A DNA stretch of 64,000 bases, from the NCBI GenBank assembly GCA_963813025.1, contig CAWEXO010000003.1:22607-86606 (forward strand). Reading direction: 5' to 3'. The position numbers and the translations under genes were made by a program. Origin of the DNA: an uncultured Verrucomicrobiae bacterium. Lineage in GTDB: Bacteria; Verrucomicrobiota; Verrucomicrobiia; Chthoniobacterales; JAFAMB01. Below the pieces are notes generated by a model. That model was not told where the DNA came from. It did not search any database and worked only from the letters and a program-made list of their open reading frames with translations. Each line of letters begins with the position of its first letter. The first letter of the stretch is position 1. Positions 34,899 to 45,896 of this stretch are shown piece after piece.

Positions 34899-35191
34899 GC
34901 ACGGGTGCCTAGTCCGGACCGGCTAAGTCAGGGCGCGGCCGTTCAGGTTCGCGACTTGGTTGTGGACCGCCACTACAGACTTGGAGCATTGACCGGACTC
35001 GTCTTTTTGGCCCACGAAGGGGTCGGCGAAAGACAACTGCCGTGAGGCGGAGAATCGTGAAAGCGAGTGACTTTTCTGCCCAGGTAGACACCTTTGCGTC
35101 CTTGGCCGACAATGTGTCCGCCAAAACTTTGGCGACGGCGGAGACCTTGTTAAGTCTGCTTTGCGCGAGGGCTTTTTCGCGTGCACAGCAA

Positions 35192-35797
35192 TTATGGCCT
35201 TGGCATGTATGGCAATTCCGCTATCCGTTCCGTAACTAAAGCGCTACCCTCCAGGAGTTCGCCAATTGGGTCCCAACGACCGTTAATCAGTGCATCACGC
35301 GCGCTGGACCGAATAGAGGCCGGAAAACAATCATCTCCAAAACGAATCTTCTCGGCGACCAAATCGATGCTCATCTCGTGGTTTGGTTCGGACTCGACCA
35401 TTTGGCGGATCTGGTTGAGGTCGTGTCGTGAAGCGCTCACACAGGGGAGCCCTAACGTCGTCGAATTTCCGAAGAAAATTTCAGCAAAACTCTCCGCAAC
35501 GACCGCGCGAAAACCATAACGGTAGATCGCTTGGGGAGCGTGCTCACGGGAACTACCGCACCCGAAATTTCTGCTGCCGATCAAGATCGCTGCTCCTTTG
35601 AATCGGGGATCATTCAGGGAGCAGGTTGTGGGCTGTCCATTCTGGTCGAAGCGCACGTCGTAAAACAAGAACTCGCCCAAACCTTCAAAGGTGACGCATT
35701 TCAAGTATCTGGCCGGAATGATCCGGTCCGTATCCACGTCATCCCCTGGGACCGAGACGCAACGACCGCTTACTTCGAGAATCTTTCTTAAGGCCAT
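35192..35797 (-). CDS. leuD: 3-isopropylmalate dehydratase small subunit
   Basis: DVDTDRIIPARYLK and NFGCGSSREHAP; directly follows leuC. Confidence 0.96.
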   Translation of the reverse strand: MALRKILEVSGRCVSVPGDDVDTDRIIPARYLKCVTFEGLGEFLFYDVRFDQNGQPTTCSLNDPRFKGAAILIGSRNFGCGSSREHAPQAIYRYGFRAVVAESFAEIFFGNSTTLGLPCVSASRHDLNQIRQMVESEPNHEMSIDLVAEKIRFGDDCFPASIRSSARDALINGRWDPIGELLEGSALVTERIAELPYMPRP

Positions 35798-35828
35798 GAC
35801 GTTAGTTTTGAATTCAAAGTCTTCATGA

Positions 35829-37235
35829 TCATCGGCTAAACAATTCCCGGGCATCCGTAATCTCACCCGCAATTGCCGCCGCTGCGACCATGACCGGGCT
35901 CATTAGTACGGTCCGGCCGGTGGCGCTCCCTTGCCGGCCCTTGAAGTTCCGGTTGCTGGAACTGGCGCAAAGCTGATCGCCGACCAGCTTATCTGGATTC
36001 ATCGCGAGGCACATCGAGCAACCAGCCTCGCGCCATTCAAACCCAGCCGCGGTGAAGATCCGATCAATCCCTAGTTCCTTGCAAGCAGCTCCGACGGCCT
36101 GCGAGCCAGGAACCGCGATGGCTCTAATGCCTCGTGCGACATGCCGGCCTTCTATATATTTAGCGACTTCTTTGAAGTCCGACAGCCGGCCGTTGGTGCA
36201 ACTCCCAAGAAATGCGACTTGGATTGGAGTTCCTTTAATTGGTTGCCCCGGTCGCAAGTTCATATGTTCGAGGGCTTCCGCGAGCGATCCGCGCTCATCC
36301 GCGGAGGTCGTTTCTGGGGTGGGTAATTTCTCTGAAATGAAAACTGCCTGGCCGGGATTGATACCCCACGTCACCGTCGGCTCAATCTCTGCGGCATCGA
36401 AATCGGCCACATCGTCGTAAACACAGTCGGAATCCGAGACGTATGACTCCCATCGGTTGATCGCCTTCTTCCATTCGTCACCTTTTGGGCTGTAGGGACG
36501 GCCCTCAAGATAAGCGTATGTTGTCTCGTCCGGGTTGACGTACCCGGCACGGGCGCCGCCCTCGATCGACATGTTGCAGACGGTCATCCGCTCTTCCATT
36601 GTAAATCTGTCGAAGACTTCTCCGCCGTATTCGTAAGCAAATCCATTGCCTCCGTTTACCCCCAATTTCCGAATAATGTGAAGGATCACATCCTTAGCAT
36701 AGGTTCCCGCCGGCAGCTTCCCATCGACATTGATCCGCCGGGCTTTCAATTTGCCGATTGCCATTGTCTGGGTTGCCAGCACGTCACGCACTTGGCTTGT
36801 ACCAATCCCAAAAGCAATCGCGCCAAAAGCACCGTGGGTCGAGGTGTGAGAATCTCCGCAAGCGATCGTCGTCCCTGGTTGCGTGATACCCTGCTCCGGA
36901 CCCACCACATGAACGATGCCTTGCTTACCAGAAAAAACGTCAAAGTAGGTGATTCCAAATTCCGCGCAATTCTTGCGCAGTTCCTTAATCATCGCGTCGG
37001 CCAGCGGATCTGAAAACGGCTCGGTCCGTTGATCAGTCGGAATAATGTGATCGACCGTCGCAAATGTCCGATGAGGAAAGGCGACGGGAAGCCTCATTTC
37101 CCGAAGCATTGCGAACGCCTGTGGGCTGGTGACCTCGTGGATGAGATGAGTTCCGATGAGCAACTGGGTTTGGCCATTTCGCAATTCGCGCACTGAGTGC
37201 GCCTCCCATACTTTCTCAAAAAGTGTTTGTCCCAT
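35829..37235 (-). CDS. leuC: 3-isopropylmalate dehydratase large subunit
   Basis: [46 protein letters not shown]. Confidence 0.97.
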   Translation of the reverse strand: MGQTLFEKVWEAHSVRELRNGQTQLLIGTHLIHEVTSPQAFAMLREMRLPVAFPHRTFATVDHIIPTDQRTEPFSDPLADAMIKELRKNCAEFGITYFDVFSGKQGIVHVVGPEQGITQPGTTIACGDSHTSTHGAFGAIAFGIGTSQVRDVLATQTMAIGKLKARRINVDGKLPAGTYAKDVILHIIRKLGVNGGNGFAYEYGGEVFDRFTMEERMTVCNMSIEGGARAGYVNPDETTYAYLEGRPYSPKGDEWKKAINRWESYVSDSDCVYDDVADFDAAEIEPTVTWGINPGQAVFISEKLPTPETTSADERGSLAEALEHMNLRPGQPIKGTPIQVAFLGSCTNGRLSDFKEVAKYIEGRHVARGIRAIAVPGSQAVGAACKELGIDRIFTAAGFEWREAGCSMCLAMNPDKLVGDQLCASSSNRNFKGRQGSATGRTVLMSPVMVAAAAIAGEITDARELFSR

Positions 37236-37421
37236 TTTGCAGTATTGTACTCCGTTGTTCTTATAAGGAAAGTTTGCCGCCTGCACAACTGTTTGGCACG
37301 TCGACTTTAGCTTTCCGGCTCCTGGCTATCGGTTTGAACCGCATTTGGCTATATCCGTCCGCTTTCTGCTCCAGCTGCCGTCTTCGTTGTCTCGAATATC
37401 AAATAGTAGGCAGATCGAAGC

Positions 37422-37805
37422 ATGACCGATCTCAATCCGCAGCCAAAGCAGATGGCCGATGAGTCCATGGTACGTGCATTATCCGCGCAGGCGCGGCCGC
37501 TCGCAAAAACAGATCCTTCGAATCTTCCGCCCATGCAAAGTCGCGAATCTACTTTAGCTCCGGCGTCACCAAAACTATGGCCGCCACATCAGTCGAACAA
37601 GCCGGACCAATCCTTGAAGGATTCAGCCAGGCCAGCAAATCTAGACACAGCGTTTGCCGAAATAGACGAGGAATTGAAGTTCGATTGGCCGGAAAGTTTG
37701 GCGGTGGAGCGAGTCTACAGTGGAATTGCGGAAATTGTAGCCGCTGCCTTCGGGTTGATCGGATTTGTCGTGCTCGCTCTGCGAGCGATTGCTAGGTTTG
37801 GATGA
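37422..37805 (+). CDS. Hypothetical protein with C-terminal TM anchor
   Basis: 127-aa ORF divergent from leuC, low-complexity N-terminus and hydrophobic C-terminus. Confidence 0.45.
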   Translation: MTDLNPQPKQMADESMVRALSAQARPLAKTDPSNLPPMQSRESTLAPASPKLWPPHQSNKPDQSLKDSARPANLDTAFAEIDEELKFDWPESLAVERVYSGIAEIVAAAFGLIGFVVLALRAIARFG

Positions 37806-38091
37806 GTGCCTGGTGACGGAGAATCGTTGGCTGGGATGTATTCGTTGTACGCGTCGCCGGACACCTCCTTGTTGCTTGGAGAGGCCGTCGCGCTTAGCTA
37901 AGAGAATGAGCCAAGGCGAAATAGGCATCGCTTGAAGAAGGGAATCGCCCGAATTTGAGGCGGTTCGCCCTCGTGAAGCACCAACGCAGATTCTGACATT
38001 GGCGTCGAAACCGAACGTCCCTATTGAGAACTGTTCTTCTAGCACAATATGGTTCGATGCATATTATCCCGTATAGCCGGTCGTTAGATAC

Positions 38092-38480
38092 TCAGGTGCT
38101 CCCCATCGTCTGGACAGGTTCGATGGGTTTGTTAGCTATAAATTTCCTTCAAAAGGAGCGGGGAAAACCAGCCGATTCTTCCGCGCGACCTTTTGTCGGA
38201 GTTTTGTAGGGATTCTGTTATATACGGCAGCAGGCGACCGATTGGCAAGACTGCTGTGCGGCCGCTGATCGTTGTAGAAGGAGAAGTAGCGACCGATACT
38301 CCGCCAGGCGGGTTCGCTTGTGGTTGACGGACCAACCCTGGTCGTGCAACGCAAGGGTCATCCGGCGTACCCCGTAAAAGGGCCAGCGGGTATAGAGTCG
38401 GTCCAGGGCGCTCATCAGCACCAGATCTCCAGGTCTTTTTTCTATCTTAGCGACCTGTCCAGATTTTGGGGAGCAATTCA
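38092..38480 (-). mobile_element. Miniature IS3-family derivative with both TIRs
   Basis: Inverted ends TCAGGTGCTCCCCATCGTCTGGACAGG and TGAATTGCTCCCCAAAATCTGGACAGG; internal pieces PFYGVRRMT...VNHKR and FYNDQRPHSSL. Confidence 0.85.
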
Positions 38481-38846
38481 CTCACTTCTACTGAGATAGG
38501 GTCGGGAAGTGTTCAAACTCATAAACGCGACCAATCACAGCAGAGTCGCCATCGAGCGGCCTGCAGGACATTTGCAGATCCATCAGTATCTTGGATGCGA
38601 GCCGCGATCAAGGACAGTTGTCAATAATGTCTCCTGTGCTCGTTTCGGGAGATAAAGCTACACGGTAAAGTTTTCGGCCATCAAAAGCTATCGCACCAAC
38701 CATTCAGTGAGCAACCAGGGGGGACCCAAGGACCTCGCGGGGGATGGAAGAGCGACTCGTTAAGGGTGACAAGGGTGGCCCAGGTTCCAGCTTAGGGGAG
38801 TCTTGCAATCATCTTTTGGGGAGATTAAGATTCGCGCTCCGGAAGA

Positions 38847-39503
38847 ATGAAATTCAAGCTGTGGTGTTTCTTTATCGTCTTAGCCCATACATGTCTGGGA
38901 CAAAGCCCAACGGACGCATGGAGTGTGTTTCTTACAATTAATAGTGACATCGTTATTATCGAGAACGGCGTAAAGAGCCCAATATTGAAGAAAAAGGCAT
39001 CAAGGCTAGATGCTGTCTTATTAAAGTATCACCCTATTAGCAGAGATTCTGGTGAGTGGAATCAAATCACCTTGGCGGAAGACTATCTTTCGCAACTGAA
39101 TCATGACGCTTTAGTGCTCAAGACCGCTTACGCTTTAATCCATGATAAAAAGGATATAGACTCTTATGACCCGCTTGGTCCTGCCCTTGATGACTTGTAC
39201 TTGAAAGCCAATGCTTGCCTTCTCAATAATGGATATGCTGTGGGGTCAGTTCCCGTGAAAGTGCACACGAAAAAAGCGGGCATCGAAGTGTCCAATTGGC
39301 GAGTGGTCTGCATGGCAAAAATTCTCCGATTTTTCACTAATTTTTCACCCACGGCATTTCCTCAGTTGAGCAGTCCTACGAAATGGGAGCTTGCTCCAGG
39401 GAATTATATTATGTGGGCGGAGGATCCGGAGACTGGAAGGAAATCCTCGCAGCAAGAAATTCCTGTAGATCGAAATCAGGAATGTGACCTTGCCGTCCCA
39501 TAA
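38847..39503 (+). CDS. Hypothetical secreted protein
   Basis: 218-aa AT-richer ORF with N-terminal signal-like segment. Confidence 0.7.
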   Translation: MKFKLWCFFIVLAHTCLGQSPTDAWSVFLTINSDIVIIENGVKSPILKKKASRLDAVLLKYHPISRDSGEWNQITLAEDYLSQLNHDALVLKTAYALIHDKKDIDSYDPLGPALDDLYLKANACLLNNGYAVGSVPVKVHTKKAGIEVSNWRVVCMAKILRFFTNFSPTAFPQLSSPTKWELAPGNYIMWAEDPETGRKSSQQEIPVDRNQECDLAVP

Positions 39504-40140
39504 GGAAATCAGGCTCCTGATGACCGCTACTGAGCACATTGGTTGGTCCGCGATTGGTAGGAATTGGACTACTTTGACGCAGGTCGCAACTGGGGTAATG
39601 ACAGTCGTGGCAACGATTGTTACTCCACCCCCGACACCTGCAGGCACGCAGGGAATTCGGCCCTTCGCTAGTTTTGTCGTGGCTATTCTGGCCGGAATCT
39701 TTTTCCTCGCACTAAGACGGTTCAGAAGACAAGAAGACACACGGTTGTGGGCTGCAGTTGCAGCTATCCTGCTGGCGCTGACCGTTGTGGCGTATTTTTG
39801 GTATGCCAATTTGACCGATAGCCTAACAGTGATGTGGCAGGAACATACTTTCGTTTGTGGAACGGAGCTACGATCAGAAATACAAAAGGTTTACGGATCG
39901 ACTATTTCGAAGCCCTTAGTTAGAGAGCTAATCAAGGACGCTGCAGGCGATCCCGCCTTAATTTGGACCGATCAATCTATTCATTCGAGCAAGGACCTAC
40001 TGAGTATCTCCTATCTCGTTATGGTTCCGCTCATCGGTGGGTGCATTATGGCGGCTTCACAGATCGTAATTTGCGTGACACTACCGCGCTCTCGTGAGAA
40101 ATCTGCGAAGACCAACAAGAAAAGACCACGGACTCACTAA
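39484..40140 (+). CDS. Hypothetical membrane protein (3-4 TM)
   Basis: 218-aa ORF coupled to the upstream gene, several hydrophobic segments. Confidence 0.7.
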   Translation: MTLPSHKEIRLLMTATEHIGWSAIGRNWTTLTQVATGVMTVVATIVTPPPTPAGTQGIRPFASFVVAILAGIFFLALRRFRRQEDTRLWAAVAAILLALTVVAYFWYANLTDSLTVMWQEHTFVCGTELRSEIQKVYGSTISKPLVRELIKDAAGDPALIWTDQSIHSSKDLLSISYLVMVPLIGGCIMAASQIVICVTLPRSREKSAKTNKKRPRTH

Positions 40141-40341
40141 TGCACCAAGCCTCTTTTGATGACTAGCGGCGAGACCTACGCTACTGCTTTGCGACGGGAG
40201 ACGAAGCCTACGCCGAACGATACTAAATTCAATTGAACAAGGATCGATAACTGCGTCAACTAAATAGCCAGAATTGCCAACCACAGATACTGGTGAGCCT
40301 GGATTGCCCACAAATCTCTAAAGGATTTGTGAGCAATCAGG

Positions 40342-41142
40342 CTAGGGGTGCAACTCACTTGACAAGAATGTCGACACGTCCCGACGCAACATCTGGTAGC
40401 CAAGGCCGCTAAGGTGAATTTGGTCCTGAACGAAAAGGGCAGGATTAGGTTTTTGGTCTGATCCGAGCATCGCCGTGTAAATATCGATGTATTGGGTCGC
40501 CGGCTGGTTCTGCAGGAACGTCTGCACCATCTGATTCAAGCGAAGGATGTTGTCGAGGTAGCGGAGTCGAGCCGGGGACGGTTTAACCGAGATATAGGCA
40601 ATTGGCATCTGCTCCGAATAGCCGCGTAGTGCACGGTAAAGATCCCGGAACGAGGCAAACGCCTGCTCTGGCAGGGCGCCTTGCGCCAAGTCGTTATCAC
40701 CTGCGTAGACCACCACCGCCGCAGGCTTAAGGCGTAAGACCAGGCGGGACACATACCGAACGCAATCGCTCAGGCGCGAACCGCCGAACCCGCAGTTGAC
40801 GACCGGGTACCCGATAAAATCCTGGCTCAGAGTCTTCCAGCGGCGAATGGACGAACTTCCATAAAATATAATCGGCCGTTGCGAAAACTCAATTCGCCGG
40901 TTTTCGAGTAGGATGACTTCCTGCTCAAACGGACCAACGGAAGGAGCGTGGGACGCCAGTGAAGGAGTGCCACCGGGCATCACCCGCACGCGCAGGTTGA
41001 GAGTTGGAGTTGCTGAGGCAGAACCGGACGTAGAAGCAATGTCGGGGGCGACCTGAGCGTCTGCCGTAAACGCGTTGGCATAAATCGAGATTGCCAACAG
41101 GCCCTCAGCGAATCGTAAATGGTTGCCAGCCTTGAGGCTCAT
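40342..41142 (-). CDS. SGNH/GDSL hydrolase
   Basis: FYGSSSIRRW, NCGFGGS, YAGDNDL, DQIH blocks. Confidence 0.9.
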   Translation of the reverse strand: MSLKAGNHLRFAEGLLAISIYANAFTADAQVAPDIASTSGSASATPTLNLRVRVMPGGTPSLASHAPSVGPFEQEVILLENRRIEFSQRPIIFYGSSSIRRWKTLSQDFIGYPVVNCGFGGSRLSDCVRYVSRLVLRLKPAAVVVYAGDNDLAQGALPEQAFASFRDLYRALRGYSEQMPIAYISVKPSPARLRYLDNILRLNQMVQTFLQNQPATQYIDIYTAMLGSDQKPNPALFVQDQIHLSGLGYQMLRRDVSTFLSSELHP

Positions 41143-41354
41143 CTTCTACAGAGGGTGTAAAACTGGTTGCCTGACGGTGCGAGAAGGCAATGGATGCCTT
41201 TTCAGGCGTGTCTCCGCGAGCGAGATGTAATGGTTAGCGCCCAGCGCCGGAGGTACTGGGCGAGCCGATTGCATAGCGACCGACCGCAATTCCAAAAACC
41301 AGGCGAACAGGGGTGCGGTGAGCAGCTGACAGATTACTAAAGCGGAGGTCATCG

Positions 41355-42392
41355 GTATCCGTCTTTCTAACTGCACGGTAATCCCGGCGACGCCGGACTT
41401 CGACTGTTAGATCCTGGCCGCCCAAGCGCTGGGCGTGAGTTCAGGAACTCGACTGATCGGAAAGTCGGCCAAGCCCGGGAGGACAGAGCCGAGGTAGTCG
41501 CGGACCGGCAGGCTCAGGCGGCGACAAGTTTCGACGATCGAAATGATGGCGGCTATTCTTGGTCCAGCCTCTTTACTTCCGACGTGTATCCAATTTCGGC
41601 GTCCAAGAACTACCGGACGCATCGCGTTCTCAGCCAGGTTGTTGCTCAATTCCAACTCCGGATATTCCAGGAAGCGACTGAGGCGACTCCAAAGCGTCAG
41701 CGTGTAATCGCAGGCCTTGGCTAGAGCACTCTTGGGCAGTGCGCCTATGCGGCCCGCTTGGATTGACGCCTTGATCTGCTCGAGCAACGGCTTGCTTTTC
41801 TTCAGGCGCAGAACGTGACGATCGATTTGGCTCATGCCTTCGTAACGGGCCTGGGCGTCGATAGCAAAAAGCTCATCCATCTGTGCCACGATCTGAATCG
41901 AGGTTGTATCTTTGGGATTGAGCATGACCGCATCGAAGAACTTTCGTCTGGCGTGCGCCCAGCACGCGGCGTGCACGAGCTTTGGGCCACCGATATGATC
42001 GTAAGCGCCCGTAACCGTCGCTTTGCAGTAGGCCTTCGAAGTTGCCCAGGAACCGCTTGGGACCTTCCCGCTCCCTACCAAGCCGGAAGTCAAAGACCAC
42101 CGGTCCGGTCGGATGGCTGTATTGCCAGAGGTAAGCCTGGTGATTTTGCCCCGACCATCGTGCATCTGGACTCCCACGGTGGTTTCATCGGCTTGGATAT
42201 AGGAACCGCGCAATAATTCCTGGCCCATCGCGGCGGTGATCGGCCGCAGTAACTCGCCCACTCGCATCACCCAGCCATCCAGAGTCGCTCGGGACAGTTC
42301 AATGCCAGTTCCTCTCTAAAATCGCACTTTGCCTGTAGATCGGTAAGTGGTCAGCATATTTGCTGACCACCGTATCAATGACGACTCGATAC
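41355..42392 (-). mobile_element. IS66-family TnpC 3' fragment with terminal repeat
   Basis: IQADETTV, ACWAHARRKF, LSNNLAENAMRPVVLGRRNW; GTATCC end at 41355; frameshifts. Confidence 0.9.
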
Positions 42393-42419
42393 GTAAGACC
42401 GCTCTGCCTGCCCGCTTCC

Positions 42420-42612
42420 GGCACGATGCACCTTAGCTAAACCGCGAAGAAGTATGCTCTCGTCACGGTCTGGGAGTGAGGACGAATAAGCGCCGAGCTC
42501 GTCTGTCGAGTCGCCTTCGTGCGCTGGACCGATGCCGGCCACCTGCGCCACTGCACGTTCATCGCGTTGCGCGATGATAAGAATGCCGTTGAAGTCGCGC
42601 GGGAAACATAGA
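42420..42612 (+). pseudogene. ATP-dependent DNA ligase (LigD-like) C-terminal fragment
   Basis: ...W..PELVCRVAFVRWTDAGHLRHCTFIALRDDKNAVEVARET* OB-fold tail. Confidence 0.65.
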
Positions 42613-42967
42613 GCTATGAATCGAAAGCATCAAAGCCGGTTGGTAACGCACTTTCGAACGGGCCAATCTCCAGGCAAACAAAGGCGGTCGGCATCACGTA
42701 CGAGCCCGTGAGCGCGGAGGACACGCTTTAGGCTATCAAGCTTTGGGGACTAAGGACCAAGGAATAATCCGGTCGACAACGAAAAGGCTTGCTAAGCACT
42801 GCCTGGAGCACTTCAGTTCATTACCGGCTTTTTAGCTCAACGCAAAAATGTTTAAATAGATTGTTTGTCAGTCATTATCAACGGCTACAGCACTCTGGGT
42901 TGAGTTTTGCACCGCCGCTGGCCCAGAGAGGCTTCCCTGGTCACCCGCCTTAGCCAATTAACAGAAA

Positions 42968-44473
42968 ATGGATCCAACGTCTCCTGCCCAAGTCCCGACC
43001 GGCGTTGCTGGGCTCGACCGCATTCTTCACGGGGGCCTGCCCGCCTACGAACTTTACCTGGTGACAGGCAAAGCCGGCACGGGCAAGACCACTCTGGCTC
43101 TCCAGTTTTTGCGCTCAGGCATCGACCTCGGTCAGCGAGTGCTTTACGTCACCTTGTCGCAGACCACCGAGGCTCTGCACAAGCTAGCGCACTCACACGG
43201 TTGGTCGCTCGAGGGGGCAGACATTTACGAAATAACCTCCTTTGGCGTAACCGAGCAAGGCCTTGGCGAACAGACGATTTTTCGTAGTGCCGAGGTCGAG
43301 CTGGGCGAAGTCACGACCGAGTTCTTTGCGGCCCTTGAGCGCGTACAACCTGAGCGGCTAGTCTTCGATTCCCTGGTTCAGTTGCGCCTTCTGGCCAATG
43401 ACTCGCTTCGCTTTCAAAGGCAGCTCTTCGCATTGCGACAGTATTCAGCGAGCCGCCGCTGCACAGCAATGCTCATCGACGTTGCCGTCGACGAACGTGC
43501 CAGCGAAGATGTCCAGGACCTCACACATGGCGTCGTGCGGTTGGAGCGCTGGGCACCCGACTATGGCAACGTGCGCAGGCGACTCCTGATCGCGAAAATG
43601 CGCGGCTTGGCGGTGCACGGCGGTTACCACAATTTTACCGTTCGCACTGGCGGACTCGAGGTTTACCCCCGGCTAGTGGCGGGCACGCGACGCGACCGCC
43701 AGAGGGCAGCCCCGATCTCAAGCGGCCTAGAATCCCTCGACATGCTTCTGGGCGGCGGACTGGAGGCCGGCAGCACGACACTCATTTTGGGTGCGACCGG
43801 CACGGGCAAGACTTCCCTGGCGAGCCTTTACGCGAGGGCCGCGGCCCAGCGGGGCGACCGGGTGTCGATCTTCTTATTTGAGGAACGGTTCGAGACATTT
43901 TTTGCGCGCGCCACCGGCTTAGGCATGGACCTGCGGTCCTTCGCCGAGCGCGGACTTCTCACCGCGCAGGAGGTCATCGCGGGCGATTTGTCGGCAGGCG
44001 AATTTAGCGATGTAGTGCGACGTGCCGTGGACCAGGACGGCGCGCGCCTGGTGCTCATAGACAGCTTGTCAGGTTATTTCCACGCGATGCCACAAGAAGA
44101 GCAACTGCTGACCCAAATGCACGAACTCTTGGGCTTTCTGTCCGCCAACGCCGTGCTCGCCTTATTGATCGCTGGCCAACACGGCATTGCGGGTCAGGGC
44201 GTCGCAGGGCCGCTGGACATCAGCTACATGTGCGACACGCTGCTCTTGTTGCGGCACGCCGACGCCGGCGGCGAGATCCGGAAGACCATCGCCGTCATCA
44301 AAAAGCGCTCTGGACCACACGAGAGCACGATCCGCGAGCTGCGCTTTGACTCCGGTGGCATTCTGGTCGGCCAGCCGCTGCGACAGTTCGATGGTTTGCT
44401 GACCGGCACGCCGCATTTTCACGGAGAGCTGGCCACGCTTTTGACGGGCGAACCGCCGAACAAAGAGCCATGA
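42968..44473 (+). CDS. KaiC-like double-domain RecA-family ATPase
   Basis: Two Walker A motifs (GKAGTGKT, GATGTGKT), TGVAGLDRILHGGLP, LVFDS/VLIDS, KMRG and KKRSG arginine-finger segments. Confidence 0.92.
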   Translation: MDPTSPAQVPTGVAGLDRILHGGLPAYELYLVTGKAGTGKTTLALQFLRSGIDLGQRVLYVTLSQTTEALHKLAHSHGWSLEGADIYEITSFGVTEQGLGEQTIFRSAEVELGEVTTEFFAALERVQPERLVFDSLVQLRLLANDSLRFQRQLFALRQYSASRRCTAMLIDVAVDERASEDVQDLTHGVVRLERWAPDYGNVRRRLLIAKMRGLAVHGGYHNFTVRTGGLEVYPRLVAGTRRDRQRAAPISSGLESLDMLLGGGLEAGSTTLILGATGTGKTSLASLYARAAAQRGDRVSIFLFEERFETFFARATGLGMDLRSFAERGLLTAQEVIAGDLSAGEFSDVVRRAVDQDGARLVLIDSLSGYFHAMPQEEQLLTQMHELLGFLSANAVLALLIAGQHGIAGQGVAGPLDISYMCDTLLLLRHADAGGEIRKTIAVIKKRSGPHESTIRELRFDSGGILVGQPLRQFDGLLTGTPHFHGELATLLTGEPPNKEP

Positions 44474-45681
44474 GCAGCCAGAATCAGGGGTCCTGGGCGC
44501 CGGACCGAGTGCTGATCTTAGCCCCATGGGGCCGCGACGCTGCCCTCCTTGCCCAGGTACTGGGTCGAGCCGGGATCCTCACCGAGACTTGTTCGGACGC
44601 CGGCGCCTTAGCTGTGAACCTCGCGAAAGACGCGGGGGCCGCGATGCTGACCGAAGAAGCGCTCTCGATACGGACGCTGGAACACCTTCGCTCGGCGCTG
44701 CAGGTCCAGCCGCCATGGTCCAACCTGCCGGTGATCCTGCTGCTCGATGCATCCCGCCGCCGCCAGGGTCCGCTAAGTGTAGAGGCCCTTGTACATTGGC
44801 TCGGCCCGTGCCGGCGTATAATTGTGCTCCAGCGGCCACTGCCAGTCGCCACTGTGGTCTCGGTGGTGCAAGCCGCACTTGCCGCTCGCCGCCACCAATA
44901 CCAAGTGCGTGACCTGCTGGCCCAGCTACAGGCCATAAACCAGGATCTGGACCGACGTGTGACCGAGCGCACTGCCGTGGCGCGCCACCAAGCCGAACAG
45001 TTGCGCATGCTAGCGGGCGAGCTAGTGTTAGCCGAGGAGCAGGAGCGCCGCAGATTGGCGGAGCTGCTCCACGATGACCTGCAGCAGATGCTGGTGGCCG
45101 CTCAGTTCCAGCTCACGCTTCTGGGTCGCGCGGGAACCGTATCCGAACAGGGTAAAACCTTGGAGGAACTCGAACGCGTGCTCGGCCGCTGTGCGGAGGC
45201 GGCCCGCTCCCTGACTCTCGAGCTCAGCCCTCCGTCGCTACACCAAGAAGGCTTGGGGGCGGCGCTGGTTCAATTAGCCGCTCAGTTCCATCAACAACAC
45301 GGGCTCAAGGTCACCGTCGAAGCCGATGTCGCGGCTGAGCCCGAAACGGCGCAGTTGCGGATTTTTTTGTTCAGAGCTGTGCGGGAACTGTTGCTCAATG
45401 CTGTCAAACACGCCAGCGGCAGCGCGGTCGACCTGAGTCTTGCGCGCGTAACCGACGAGACGGTTCGGCTGGTGGTTGCGGATAAAGGCCCAGGGTTCTG
45501 TCCCTCGGCGTTGGCTGCGCGGCACCCCGGTGCCGGCGGCTTCGGTTTGGCCAATCTGCAGGATCGCGTGGCGGCTCTCGGAGGAGAACTGCGAATCGAC
45601 AGCGCACCCGCTCAGGGCGCTCGATTCACGCTGCTGACTCCGATCCGAATATCGAAGCAGAAAAGCCCTTCGTCTACGTAG
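44470..45681 (+). CDS. Cytoplasmic sensor histidine kinase (HisKA_3/NarX-type) with degenerate receiver-like N-terminus
   Basis: ERRRLAELLHDDLQQ H-box, ELLLNAVKHA N-box, DKGPGF, GFGL; overlaps the stop of the KaiC-like gene. Confidence 0.9.
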   Translation: MSSQNQGSWAPDRVLILAPWGRDAALLAQVLGRAGILTETCSDAGALAVNLAKDAGAAMLTEEALSIRTLEHLRSALQVQPPWSNLPVILLLDASRRRQGPLSVEALVHWLGPCRRIIVLQRPLPVATVVSVVQAALAARRHQYQVRDLLAQLQAINQDLDRRVTERTAVARHQAEQLRMLAGELVLAEEQERRRLAELLHDDLQQMLVAAQFQLTLLGRAGTVSEQGKTLEELERVLGRCAEAARSLTLELSPPSLHQEGLGAALVQLAAQFHQQHGLKVTVEADVAAEPETAQLRIFLFRAVRELLLNAVKHASGSAVDLSLARVTDETVRLVVADKGPGFCPSALAARHPGAGGFGLANLQDRVAALGGELRIDSAPAQGARFTLLTPIRISKQKSPSST

Positions 45682-45785
45682 AATCGGCACTGACAATCGT
45701 CTTTAAACTGGCCAGGGAAGCCCAAAGCATTGGCGCCGCTCCTAGCGTTTTGAACTCATCCGAAAGGTAGTTATTGGCGCCCGTT

Positions 45786-45857
45786 TCGTCGATGGGCGAA
45801 GAACAAACCCGACAAGCCGCAACCAAGTCATTTCCACGAGGATGCGCCTGTCCCATG
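45786..45857 (+). mobile_element. Short remnant of the IS256 transposase 3' end
   Basis: GTCGATGGGCGAAGAACAAACC...GGATGCGCC resembles the 3' end of 10509-11750. Confidence 0.6.
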
Positions 45858-45896
45858 CGAGTTATTAGGCCAACCTGGCGATCCAGTTTGGAGAGA

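Noticed and set aside
41146..41376. 76-aa ORF upstream of the SGNH hydrolase
   Set aside because: Its start lies inside the IS66 terminal sequence, so it is probably a chimeric or truncated frame.
42968..44473. Circadian clock
   Set aside because: No kaiA or kaiB in the window, and the gene context is that of a kinase-coupled KaiC-like ATPase.
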